The position numbers and the translations under genes are program-made. 64,000 nucleotides of DNA from Nemertoderma westbladi (taxonomy: Eukaryota > Animalia > Xenacoelomorpha): assembly GCA_032718475.1 (NCBI GenBank), contig JAUCBJ010006023.1, positions 1 to 64,000 on the forward strand, given 5' to 3'. Each line of letters opens with the position of its first letter. The first letter of the stretch is position 1. Under the pieces are notes generated by a model, which did not search any database, was not told the origin of the DNA, and saw only the letters and a program-made list of their open reading frames with translations. Positions 39,850 to 52,754 of the stretch are shown one piece after another.

Positions 39850-40180
39850 AGAGGGAAGAACATTATGGCCATGCAAAAGAGAAGATACAGCAAGTGGAAT
39901 TGAAATTGAGGACAAAAATAATAATAGTTTGGAGCGAGGAATGTGATATGCTGTACAAAAGATAAGGTAGTGCTTGGGATCCTCACAAGAGTGGTCACAA
40001 GAGGTGCATTCAGTTTAATCCATTAGGTATCGTTTTACCATATCAGATGCAAGAGTACTGCAATTTAGGCGTAGTTGACAGAGAATTACCTCCGTAAAAC
40101 GATCACCTAAGTAGTGATATTTGTTAACATTGAGAAGAGGAAACATTTCGCGCTTGAATAACGGCAAGGATAGTTGCCTG
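39850..40180 (-). mobile_element. CR1-like LINE ORF2 C-terminal fragment
   Basis: YLGDRFTEVILCQLRLNCSTL followed by a C-x-x-C...EDPKHY zinc-knuckle-like end. Confidence 0.6.
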
Positions 40181-40714
40181 ATGGCTACTAGGTAGGATAG
40201 AGTTCCTTCCGTATAATGCAGCAGCCGTTTATAGTAGTAGCACCTGCCAGCAGGGGTCAGATGAGCTGAATAACCAATGTGTGTCATGTGGTTCACAGTA
40301 GGTATAAGTGGTAGGCCCCATATCTGACACAAATGCGACACCCACCCTGCACCCTGTGAAAGTCCAAGGTAAGACTTAGTATGCGTGCAACTGTAAAGGC
40401 GCCCTTATTATCCCCTCCTGCTATACAACATAAATTAAACTTCCTAATATTGCATATAAATTAGCCCTTAGTTATTACCAATACGCAGTATCTGGTCAGT
40501 AACTACTACATACTATATTGTTTGCTCACTTCTCATCATTGCTCCCCAATGGGCACACCTCTCTTAATTATCGCGCCATTTCTCACTCTGTGGTGTGGCC
40601 AATATTACGTCGTCGATTATTACTCATCTATTATAATATTTAATATTATATTATATTATTATAATATATAATACTAATATTATCACCACAGAATCATCCC
40701 ACCGGCTCGGGCAC

Positions 40715-42570
40715 ACTAGAGCCAGGGATGCAACTAAGGCGGCATCTAGGTCCCTTAACAGGCAGTACTCTGATAATCTGAAGGAGCTTATCAATGAGCA
40801 GGTTGATGTCATTAACAATGCTGATGATAGCATGCAATCAGCCCAGGTTTGGCAATCAATAAACCTGCTCACTGGTAGGAAAATCCAACCAACCACCAAG
40901 GTTAAGGCACAATCTCCAGCTGAATGCCTCAATGGTTGGAAGGATCCACTTGAGAAGATTCTAATCAATGACATGGTATTACCTGAATTCTTTGTGGTAC
41001 ATCTTGTATCTGAGTCTGTGCTCAAAGATATCCCCATTGGTGCACATCTCCCATTGGTGCCAGTGGAGGTGATGGAAGTCTGAAGTCTTTAAAATTCCTG
41101 AGTGTTTGGAGCTCATTCATCATTCACCCCATTATTGTGGACAAAGAGAGTCGCTCAAGAAATGAAAACAAATAAGCTGGTCCCTGCCCCAAAGAAGGGC
41201 AACCTAACAACTGGATCTTTTTTTGGAATCTGGTTGATCTCAATTGCTGCAAGGCTACACAATATAATTATATTAAATCACATTAGGGATCATCTTGTGG
41301 AGAGACTGTTATGTGGGAACAAATATGGGTTCTGTAAAGGTCATTGGACCATTGAACAATGGAGCCTATTCTGGCACTTAGAAGGATAATCGATCAGATA
41401 TCAATAAAGATAGACAGGTGTCTGTCAGACAGATCTTTGTTGACTTCTTCAAGGCCTCTGACTCAGTCTTCCGACCACATATGTTCTGTTCAGCATACTT
41501 GCGGCATATGGGATTCCAGAGGAAATTATTGCAGCTATCAGATCACTGTGCCTCCACATTTGTGTTTACTGGTGAAGGTGACTCATTCGAACCTTTATGG
41601 AGAGTGACAGACTAACACCATTCTTATTCGTAATTGTGGTTGATTATGTTCTACGCTCATGTCCTTAGACCATCGTAATAAAGATGGGGTGATGGTAACA
41701 CCCCCTACTGGCACAAGTTGTACAGGATATTCAGCAAAGTATCTTACTGATCTAGACTTTGCTGATGATTTGGGGGTGCTGTCAGAATCAGTAGAGCGAC
41801 CCCAAAGGCTCCTCTGTTCATTAGAGCAGCTTGCTTCTAGTGTTGGTCTTTTTTTAAACTTCAAGAAGATCAAAATTATAACAGTGAACCTTGACAGCCA
41901 TCAAGAAATGTCTGATCGTATGGGCAAAAGCTCCAGGAATGGGATTGCTTGAGCACATAGATGAATTCTGCTACCTGGGATCATGGATCCGAAAATCAGC
42001 TGAAGACCTAGGGAAACGTAAGGGGAAGGTATTGGGGCAGCATTGAATAGTCTTTCCAGGATTTGAAGTCCCATAGGATAAAACGGTATCTCAAGGTTCG
42101 ATAATTTATGGCAGTAGTAGAACCAGTACCGGTACTCTTATTATGGAGTTCATTCTGGGCTCTAACTGCAGAGGATACCAAATCTCGGGATGGCACTTTC
42201 ACAAGAATGCAGCACCGGATTCATTGTGTCAAGTACAATGAACACATCCCCAAACATTGGAGGTGTTTCAGTAGTCTCCCCTAGCTTGATCCTTGAACGG
42301 AATCACCACCGCTTTCCAGGACATTGTCCATTAGCCAGTGTATAACTTTGTGCTTTGATGGCGTAATGAAGTGAATAGGCATGGTGGACAGCCAAATTAC
42401 TTTCTTGCGACGGCTCTTAAAGGACACTGGCCATGAAGATACAGATGAACTAGCAAATGTCATGGGTGATAGGGAGTTGTTTCGGTGCAATTTTGTAGAC
42501 AAGCCGGCACAGCATTCTTAATATGTAATATATATAATGCAGGTGCAATGCAGCATGTCGATAGTAGTAA
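40715..42570 (+). mobile_element. Decayed RTE LINE (RT to 3' tail)
   Basis: [25 protein letters not shown] and FCYLGSWI motifs; many stops; tagtag tail. Confidence 0.9.
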
Positions 42571-45137
42571 TATAATAACAATTTTACCATCGTTTGGTAA
42601 TTATTACACCCAAAACGTTTCGTTTTGATGGAGAGAGGTCTGCCAGCCGTATTACTAGCAGGGAACTCAGCAATCGTCTCAAAATCATGAAGTTTTGAGA
42701 TCAAGCGATATAACTTCCAACAAGCAAATTGACGAGTTGAAAATAGCAGCATGAATAATGTACTAGCGAATAAATGAAACCCTTCTATATATATATATAT
42801 ATCTATAAAATCTATTAAAAAACGCACCTTGTGTTTCCAAATGTACCTTGTCAATGAAGATGAGTAACATTAATATTAAGAAACATACATTTTCAGAAAT
42901 CATGATAAGTAATTAGTCATCATGTGCGGTACTGTGTTACAAAATCGACGTTTGCAAGCTTTGTTCCAATAGTTGCGACCTCTGTTTCAATAGTTCCAAT
43001 GGGATGCAAACTTTGCTTTTGCTAATTTTTCTGTGCACAATAGGTTAGTAAGTTAGAATTTAGATTTGAAATTTTGATAGGGTAATAGCATTAAAATGAT
43101 GGAAAGTTATCAGTAACTAAATAATCTTTGTCTTATTTTCTAATAAGGAAAAAATTGTTGTTAATTGTTGTTAATTGTTGTTAATAGGAAAACATAGTTG
43201 TTAAATTGGCCATTAGAATGTGCCGTGCTTTACAAAAAAAATAACATTTTGTTATATAGAAAGCCGAATGTGAGATGTATAGCAATCTACACCATTCTAA
43301 AATAAATGTGCACTTTTACATATAATTATAAATTACATTACATTTGTTTATGGGCTTATTTCTAAAACTGACGACATTATTTTGCATTGTTTTTGTACTT
43401 GAAATATCAAATATGAGCCATAATCAGTACATCGTAATAACGACTATATGATATAATTTATGTGTTTTCATAAAGTAGTTGCTAGTTGAAGTAAAAAAAA
43501 TGGAAACACGTTACTTATTAAAATAATACTGTACGATAGTATAATAAAAGAGAGGTAACAGTTTACTGCCGAGGATTACCACTACTGCACAATTTCAGAT
43601 TGAGTGCAGGTTACAACGAATTGAGTGTCATCAAGGTCAATGAGATATGAATAAATTTTTAGAATTAAAGACTTTCAGTTTATTTATCAGTATTTTAAAA
43701 TTATTTACCAGTATTTTAAAATGATTTATCAGTATTTAGAAAATGAAGGATGAAGAATGCCAATTAATTATGATTCTTGTATTCTTGTAATTATTTTACG
43801 GTTTATAGCAATTGATAAAAAAAACCAAGGCCAATCATAGAGCACACCTATATAAAATGTTAAAGAACATACAAACAAAGATAAATTAAAAACATAAACA
43901 AAAAATAAACGAAACGATGAATTAGAAACAAGTTTACAAAAAAAGCACAATGAATAATGGATGATATAATTGGTTATGGGACTTAAACAGTCTAAGAATC
44001 AATTTTAATACAATAATGAAATTAATTAGTTTACATGATGGTAACTAGAGAGCAACGAGCAGTCATGTGATATAAAACAGTTAAAACATGATTAAATTCT
44101 GTTAAAACAGTTAAAACATGATTAAGTATGATATGATTGACAGTTAATGAATGTCATGATGATTATGAAATTTTAACTTTAATAATAAAAATCCAGGTGA
44201 GACATAATAACAAATAATAAATGCGCCCACCATACAGAACTACCGGTGTTGTATTGTCTGTATATAGTCAACAACAGATTAAGCACTTCAAAATGACAAT
44301 ACCAAATAATAATATACTACAGTATGTATAGTTATGTATAGTTTGCACATTGCATATTTTATCATAATTAATTTGAGTTATTATCATGAGCCAGTAGTGA
44401 CAGGTGTTGTGTCCGCATTGGCCATAAGAATGGGGGCCTAGCAGCGGACTGGTCGATGTCGTGATCATTGAACTATATATATATTATTTTAGAGAAATAA
44501 ATCATAATCAACTCGAATAATCATGGGCAGTATTTATTATTTATGTCAGCAATAAAAATAGTTGCCTCACTTTAAACAGAACAATTAATGTTGGCATTGA
44601 TCGGCCTATATATTGGTTTAATATAAGTTCAGGTTCCTTTTCATCCTAAACATGCCTACCATACATGAGATGGAATGATGATTGGCTGTTGATTAATTTG
44701 AACAGGTGCCAATGTATTCATAGTTGTTCCTCCTGACCAACAGCAGCAATCGAAACAATAACATTTCCTATATATACTATAGGAAATATTTTAAATTTTT
44801 TTAATCACATTTTTCTGTAACAATTAACTGAGATTTTGACAACTGAAAAGTGAAATTTAGCAGGGAATATTTTTGCGAAATCGACTTAGTATATTCGATG
44901 TGCTACTACAGATAGCGTTGCTATCACGCCACGAATATAAATCAAATTATTAAATGAAAAAAAATGAAATGAAATTATTGTCCATCGTGTGCACAGGTAA
45001 CGAATTGCCCGCAATGCATACAGTATGCATTTCGTTTACTGAATGTTTATTTTGTACGGTATTCCTCCACCTTCCTCCAATACAAACACTCCATGATATA
45101 TGACATCGTTTGGTCGCACAATAATGAAATATACTAG

Positions 45138-46040
45138 GTTACTAGGCTGCATTGCAGCTGCATTTTTAAGAATGGGGGGCCGGCTTGTTGACAAAGTTGC
45201 GTCGCCACAACTCCATATCACCCATGACATTTGCTAGATCATCCGCATCTTCAAGGCCAGTGTCCTTTAAGATGCGTCTCAAGAAAGTCATGGGCTGTCC
45301 ACCATACTAATTCACTCCACGAGGCCGTCAAAAAACACGATTATGCACTGGGCACTGGCTGGTCCTCACCGCGAAAGCAATGTCCTGCAAAGCGGAGGCG
45401 GCTTTGTTCTATTGTCAAGCTTGGGGGGAACCAATGAGACTCCTCCAATGTTATATAGAATCTGCTTGGAGATGTGTGAATTGAACTTGACACAGTGAAC
45501 CCAGCGTAGCATTCTTGTGAATGTGCCATTCAGAGATTTATTTTAGATAGTAACAATGTGTTGGCAAGCTGTATTTTTCGAGGTATTTGTTATTATACAT
45601 TTATTATAGGAAGGGATCTAGGGGTATTTATTGTACAATACCCGGTTAAAAAGTACGCATGTGATGGGATTAGTCCTACAATTGCGCCAATAAAAGATAA
45701 GTTATTTTCGGTAAAATAAACTTATCACTCGAGGTTAAGACCCCTAGATCCCTTCCTATAATAAATTCAGAGATTTGGTTTCCTCAGCAGTCCTGCATGG
45801 ACTCCCATATAAGAGTTCTTGTTCTACTGCATATAATCGCAATAATTGCAATAATCGAACCCTGAGGTAACTTGTTATTCTGTGGGACTTACAAATCCTG
45901 GATAGGCTATTCAATACTGCCAATGCCTTCCTCTTACATATCCGAAGGTCTTCATCTGACTTCCAGGTCCATGATCCAAAGTAGCAGAAGTCATCCACGT
46001 GCTCAAGCAAGCCATTCCTGTAGCTCATTCCCTCCCGATC
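45138..46040 (-). mobile_element. RTE LINE 3' fragment interrupted by an insertion
   Basis: [11 protein letters not shown] and VDDFCYFGSW motifs; split at about 45536-45767. Confidence 0.8.
45599..45766. mobile_element. MITE with 26-bp TIRs
   Basis: atttattataggaagggatctagggg ... cccctagatcccttcctataataaat. Confidence 0.75.
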
Positions 46041-46184
46041 AGACATTTCTTGAGGGCTGTCTAGGTATAATTTTTGTTAATTACAATTATTAATTATAAT
46101 TTATAATTTTATAATTTATAATTCAAGTTTCACTGTCATTTTTTGGTCTTCTTGGAGTTTACAAAAAGACAAACACGATCTCAA

Positions 46185-46530
46185 TCCAAATCTCTGGATG
46201 GCACATTGCTACGTCGGGTTTGTTGTGTCAAGTACAATGAACACTTCTAAAATGAGACACTGTGTAACATTGCAGGTGTCTCTTTGATTCCCCCATGCTT
46301 GACAGTTGAACAAAGCCGCCTCCGCTCCGCTTAGCAGGACATTGTTTTCGCCGTAAGGACCAGCCTGAGCACAATCTTGTGCTTTAGCAAACCTAAGGAG
46401 AAAATAAGCATGGTGGACAGCCCATGACTTTCTTGAGACGCATCGTAAAGGAGACCTGGCTTTGAAGATAAGGATAAGTGCAACTTAGTTATCTCAATGT
46501 GCAGCTTCAATGGAGCAGGCCGATAATAGA
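46185..46530 (+). mobile_element. RTE LINE 3' fragment
   Basis: Same family core sequence as the other RTE 3' fragments. Confidence 0.7.
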
Positions 46531-47310
46531 TAGAGTGATAATAAAAAAGTAGTTGGGAATTTAGTGATAAATCACAAACTCGAGAAACTGAGAATAAGCT
46601 TATTTTTACATAGAATAATGAATATTAGCCATAAATGATGAATTGTTTATAAAAATAAAATGTTCTTGTTTACACAAATTTTAAGGTGGATTTTCATTTT
46701 TCATATTTATTCAAAGAAAAAAATGAAATTGGGCAAAATGATCGAATATTTCGATTTCAATAATTTTTATATAAAAAAGGTAAATTTTTTTTAAACTTTT
46801 CAAATTTTGAAAAGTGCTGTTTTATGGTGAAACAATCAGACGATGGTGAAAGCTAATGTCACCACATGAAAGCCTAGAAAAATATATGAAAAATAGTTTT
46901 TGAATGGAATGGGAATTAATTAATTAAAATAATTAAAAGTTTGGAAATATATTGCATGGTGAAACATTACCGCGGTAAAATTTTGATTATGAGGATATTC
47001 GTGGTTGGTGATTTCATTTACAACGTCTGTTCTAATGTTCGGTGGGATCTAGAGCGCCTGTCTGTCAGTCTGTCTATTTGTGGAAACTAAAACAGATCTC
47101 GCTAATATAAGCGATATCTCCCCGTTTTAAGTTTGAATTGCTCATAAAATTCTGCTTCACACGAAATATAACCTAAACGAGCTGACAATAATTATTTATT
47201 GAAAGATTGAGAGATTGCTATTAGACCCACTAACACGTTCATGGGGCCTTCACGCAGTACAAGGCTCAGTTAAACAGACATAGTACCGTTGTGTCGGTCC
47301 TACCAATAAT

Positions 47311-48510
47311 AACCCCAAAAGTTATAATCGTTGTAAAGAACGGATAAATAAATTTTTCAATGCCGTTTTATCTTTTTCACATTACATTTATGATTGCTAT
47401 CATTATGTGAGAGTTTGAGAATTTCAACTCTTAAACTTTTTTAATTAAACCAATTATTCGTATTTTCGAAAAAGCGTCAAGTCTCCCTCAATGGGGGGAG
47501 ACTTGAACCCCACCTCGCATTCTTGTAAATTCGTTGAAAAATGCAGAAGAAGTGTAATAATTACATGTTCAACCTGTATATTTTCTAGTAGAGCAAAAAA
47601 ATTTCAAAAAATGCGATTGTTAAATTGTTAAATTATTATCCAAAATTTTATACAAATTTAGGTGGTCGTTCACATGGTTCTCCCAACAAGAACTGAATAA
47701 ATAATAGTTCATTAAAACCGCATTAAAATTTAACGGGGGAAGGTACTTTTTATTAATGAATATATTGTATAATTTTCAATCCAGGAGCATTTTAATTGTT
47801 TTCCTGTAATTCTATTGATGTGTGCCGCTTTCTGACGAAGTGGCATCTTGTTTAATCTGTCAATCACCCAGTTAGTTGGCGGGCTACTAACTACATTGCA
47901 AAGAGGGAAGGAAGAGTTGGTTGGCTTGGCTTGGCTGGGTTTATCAAGGCCTCTCTCTCTCTCTCTGGCCACTCCATTGTATTCACATTCCATTGATAGC
48001 TTGGTCTGTTTAAGTGCCGATCAACTAGTTGGAGTGCTCTGGTGTAATGGTTCTCTACGTGGGGGGTGTATCGTGTATCTCTAGGTAGACGTCAGCATTG
48101 AAGGCTTCAAGTCTCCCTCACACTCGTGCGTCATGTATCCCCACATGGGCTTTTTTTATATTAATTGATATAATTTCAAAACGGCTGAACCAAAACTGGA
48201 AAACAATATATGGCAGGATAGTGCAATAATTAGTCAACACATGTTGTGAATTACAATTAACATACAGTAAAATAATGATGCGATATTTCATTCGTTGTAC
48301 AGGGCAAAAATTTACTTTTGAACCCAGAAAACGTTTATTGACAATAAAACAAAAAATAACCAAAAGGTAATAAAACATTGTTGCGCGGATGTAGCCAACA
48401 TGTATTTTACACATTTTTGTGTGGTATTGTTAAATAATTTACAATAGTTTTTGAGTTATTAAAAAAAATCAAGTCTCCCCTAAAGTCAAGTCTCCCTCAC
48501 TCACCCTACC
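47311..48510. mobile_element. Second copy of the 9433-10662 TIR element (left TIR missing)
   Basis: Colinear and nearly identical to 9458-10660; the same ORF-track peptides appear in both. Confidence 0.9.
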
Positions 48511-48529
48511 GGTGTATTGAATGATTGCA

Positions 48530-48797
48530 GTGCCTCCGCTTTGCAGGACATTGCTTTCGCCGTGAGGACCAGCCAGTGCATAATCTTGTACTTTGGCAGC
48601 CTCATGGAGTGAATAAGCATGGTGGACAGCCCATGAATTTCTTGAGACGCATCTTAAAGGACACTGGCCTTGAAGATGCGGATGATCTAGCAAATGTCAT
48701 GGGTGATAGGGAGTTGTGGCGGTGCAATTTTGTCGATAAGCCGGCACAGCATTCTTAAAAATGCAGCTGCAATGCAGCATGCCGATCCTAGTAGTAG
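48530..48797 (+). mobile_element. RTE LINE 3' end
   Basis: [25 protein letters not shown]; tagtagtag tail. Confidence 0.85.
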
Positions 48798-49919
48798 ACT
48801 GATTGCAGGATTCCAGATTCCTGGATTCCAGATTCAGGGGTTGAGTACAGTACCGGTACAGGCAGACAGGCCACAATAGCATTACTGTAATTTCGTAATT
48901 TGCCCGAAACCCAGCTGATTTAGTCTCCTAGCAACCTGCTGATGTCAAGCTCAAGCCAGATAATTTTGGATAAATAAATTTATCATAACATTAAGACAGT
49001 TACACTGGTGCTGCACGAAGGCCCCAAGCAAATTCAACTTGGAAAATTTCTAAACTTTTGACAGACTATTTTTGTCTACCAAGTTTGGTTACATTTCATC
49101 AACGATTGATCGATTTATTAACGTTCAAAATTGAACATGCCAGAAAGAGAGCGACAGATCAACAGAACGACAGGTTGATTAATAGTACCACTACGCGAAG
49201 GCTCGCTTACTTCATGGCTCGCCCCACAATGAAACTTACTTGTCATAAAATAGGTTTATTGCGTGGAAAATCAACATTATTATCAAAATAAATAAATATT
49301 ATCACAATCACAAATAAATAGTGGGTAATACAGTATTAAAATAACAATGTCCTTTAATTAAACAGTTAGGGAGAAATATCAAACATATTTTAAAATTCTC
49401 AAAAATCGAATTCAGCCTTACACACACTCCACTCTTACTCTAGTTCGCTTCATAAACATAAAGCGGAGATGATATAAAATAAAATAATATTTAGAAAATA
49501 TGTACTGATTATAATGACTAACTAATATACTGATTATATTTGACCTCCTTAATATGATTATAGACGTCTTACAAACCGGGGAGCTCCCAGGTTTGCGGGT
49601 CAAAAGTACAGTGTCTCCAGGGCCGTATTTAGGGAGGGGGGGGGGGGGGCTGAGGCCCCAGGCCCCCCACCACAGGGGGCCCCCGACCACGATCCCACAA
49701 CTATTGGGATCGACCGAATTAGAGGAGTCGATCCGGAACCGAACTGAAACCGAACATGGCAATTTTGAATTTTGCCACTTATTTTTCCCAAAATATATGA
49801 AAAACAAAAAGATAGTGTGAAAAACAGTAAATATTTTTATTTTTAATTTGTTACTTTTCCACTAGAATTTAGACCAAAATCGGGAGAAGAATATGATTAT
49901 ATTTTTACATAATTATGAG

Positions 49920-50668
49920 TTCTATATTATTTCTCGTTGTTTCTATATTATTTCTCGTTGTTTCTATATTATTTCTCGTTGTTTCTATATTATTTCTCGT
50001 TGTTTCTATATTATTTCTCGTTGTTTCTATATTATTTCTCGTTGTTTCTATATTATTTCTCGTTGTTTCTATATTATTTCTCGTTGTTTCTATATTATTT
50101 CTCGTTGTTTCTATATTATTTATCGTTGTTTCTATATTATTTCTCGTTGTTTCTATATTATTTCTCGTTGTTTCTATATTATTTCTCGTTGTTTCTATAT
50201 TATTTCTCGTTGTTTCTATATTATTTCTCGTTGTTTCTATATTATTTCTCGTTGTTTCTATATTATTTCTCGTTGTTTCTATATTATTTCTCGTTGTTTC
50301 TATATTATTTCTCGTTGTTTCTATATTATTTCTCGTTGTTTCTATATTATTTCTCGTTGTTTCTATATTATTTCTCGTTGTTTCTATATTATTTCTCGTT
50401 GTTTCTATATTATTTCTCGTTGTTTCTATATTATTTCTCGTTGTTTCTATATTATTTCTCGTTGTTTCTATATTATTTCTCGTTGTTTCTATATTATTTC
50501 TCGTTGTTTCTATATTATTTCTCGTTGTTTCTATATTATTTCTCGTTTTTTTCTATATTATTTCTCGTTGTTTCTATATTATTTCTCGTTGTTTCTATAT
50601 TATTTCTCGTTGTTTCTATATTATTTCTCGTTGTTTCTATATTATTTCTCGTTGTTTCTATATTATTT
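49920..50668 (+). repeat. Homogeneous 21-bp tandem array (TTCTATATTATTTCTCGTTGT), about 35 copies
   Basis: Directly visible, with only about 2 variant units. Confidence 0.98.
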
Positions 50669-50689
50669 GAAATAACAAGTCGGTTCCTT

Positions 50690-50716
50690 ATCGGGCCGCT
50701 AGGCCCGTCACTAGTT
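50690..50716 (+). mobile_element. Helitron-type 3' terminus (hairpin + CTAG)
   Basis: cgggcc-gcta-ggcccg stem-loop followed by tcaCTAGt immediately after the array. Confidence 0.65.
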
Positions 50717-51296
50717 TAACATTGAGTCTGGCAGCATCAGGAGTTGAAGAGTACAGTAATTTGAATTGCAGTAACTATGGAAGCAATATAGTAAAAAACT
50801 ATAGTTCAATTTATTTTGTACCACAATATCGCTGTACGTTTTATTAAAAAAAAGTACCAACAAAGAAGTACCTATTTAAGAATAAAATTACGTATTACAT
50901 GGGAAAAAACGTAGAATATTTTTTTTCTATATTCTCTCGACCCTTTATTAACCTCGCTAACGCTCGGTAAATAAAATGCTTCGATAATAGTGAAAAAAAG
51001 TTGTACTTTTTTTCCCATGTAATAAATAATTATTGAAGGTTATGACTGTATGAATTTATATTTTATCACTTTCAATTCTTGCAGTTTTTGATCAAATGGT
51101 TTTATACTGATATAAACAGGAACATGCGTCAAATTTCTAATTTCCACTTGTAAGGATGTGAGTTTTCCTGAAATATGTTTTTCAAGGAAATTTGCGGAAA
51201 AGTATATTTCATCCGTAGTTACGACCACAAGAGCCAAGACAACGAACCACCTAAACACATCTAAGCAAGAATCCCTCGTATAAAATAATTATGGTA

Positions 51297-52040
51297 CACC
51301 ATGACCCATAATAATATACTGTCATTTTCTTATGACACCCCCCCCAAACTTTTCCAACAAATCTTTATCATATTGCTTGAAATTTGAAACACAACTAGTT
51401 CCACTCACCGTCGATTACCCCATGAGGCCGGAATATTAGATTTTGCCTGTAAATTTTTTTATGAACGATTTAAACTCTTATGTGTATCTTTTGCGAAATT
51501 GCACATCGTCGATATTCTTTACATTGGTCTCGGTTTGTAGATATCATTGGAAAGTTTGAGTAACAAGGATTCCAAATATGTAACAATGTCTGAGTTTCGT
51601 TTAGAAACAGCGGAGATATAAGGCGTTCAAAGATTGCAAGAATTATTGTTCGCTTCAGGCCATTTATTCTATTTAATACACAAAATTCTAGAAAGTGTTA
51701 TTTATTTTACGAGTTGGTAGGCAACAGCGGTATGCCTATACAATATCTCTATTGCGTAGGTATTCATACTTAAACAAAATGTTTCAGAACATTGTGTATT
51801 TATTTAATAGAATAAATGGCCTGCAGCGAACAATAATTCTTTCAATCTTTGAACGCCTATATCTCAGTTGTTTCTAAACGAAACTCAGACATTGTTACAT
51901 ATTAGGAATCCTTGTAACGCCAGCTTTCCAATGATATCTACAAACCGAGGCTAATCTGAAGAATGGCGACGATAGGAGATGTGCAATTTCGCAAAACACA
52001 CTTTTTTTTAGAAAATGACACTATATTACGGGTCATGTTG
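51297..52040. mobile_element. Tc1/mariner-type non-autonomous element (TA TSD, CA...TG ends)
   Basis: Imperfect TIR caccatgacccataata...gtcattttct / agaaaatgacac...gggtcatgttg, plus internal inverted arms at about 51490-51630 and 51850-51995. Confidence 0.75.
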
Positions 52041-52553
52041 TAATAAAATAGGAAATTTCCCGAAAATCCTAAAATGTATAGGAAATTTCCGGAAAAATGT
52101 ATAGGAAATTCCGGAAATTTCCAAACATTTCCTGACTCACATCCCTGCTAATATATTTACATCTACATTCAGGTTTGTTTGAAAGGTATTTGCAATAAAT
52201 AGATTGAAAAGTTGGGGTAACGAAAACGAGAGAAAATGTGTCTTTCAGTGTGTCTGTGAGAAGTGCACGCCGCCGTATGTGCAAACACCATTCAGTGGAG
52301 TTCAGGCCCAGGCCACCCACCACTGACCCGGCCCCTGGCCACCCACCACTCTAAATCCGGCCCTGAGTGTCTCCCCGGTTTGTATCATCAGGCAGAGCAC
52401 ACAAACTACACACATCAAAAACTAATTACCCCCCAGACCTACTGAAAAGTGACTACGGATTAATGTAAAAGTATGGCCTGGATCTAGATGGTCATCGCAG
52501 CTGCAAACCGTATGTTTTTTCTCGCTAATCTCATCATGCAGCAGTTTTCGTTC

Positions 52554-52754
52554 TCAAAGTTCATATTCCATGTAATTATCCATCACAGCAGAAGAAACAG
52601 AGAGAATGAAAACCCAATAGACGAAGTTGAATATCATAAAAGATACAGGCAAAATCAGGCGGATTATCCATTCATAATAACTCAGAGTTCGTGGAATTAC
52701 ATTCTCTGGCCACAACTTTTCCTTTATCCATTGTATCCAAGGGGTGCGCTTTCC
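52554..52754 (-). CDS. pLGIC copy B last exon (M4 and stop)
   Basis: GKRTPWIQWIKEKLWPENVIPRTLSYYEWIIRLILPVSFMIFNFVYWVFILSVSSAVMDNYMEYEL*; R-x-x-x-P-x-x-F-x-x-FN-x-x-YW is the anionic pLGIC M4 signature. Confidence 0.93.
   Translation of the reverse strand, partial: GKRTPWIQWIKEKLWPENVIPRTLSYYEWIIRLILPVSFMIFNFVYWVFILSVSSAVMDNYMEYEL

Noticed and set aside
44656-44767. Possible minus-strand exon: either a signal-peptide start (MLLFRLLLL, then GTCAGG) for copy A or a Cys-rich terminal exon (KCYCFDCCCW...HVW*)
   Set aside because: Two incompatible readings; the donor is weak and its phase 0 does not join the phase 1 lectin exon without another exon I could not find.
49893-50719. Three overlapping 250-260 aa ORFs, and a possible CRISPR-like array
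   Set aside because: They are translations of a 21-bp tandem repeat with no stop codons; there are no unique spacers and the context is eukaryotic.
51040-51258. ORF beginning with a signal-like sequence (FRWFVVLALVVV)
   Set aside because: Starts at GTG, has no clear donor and no recognisable homology.
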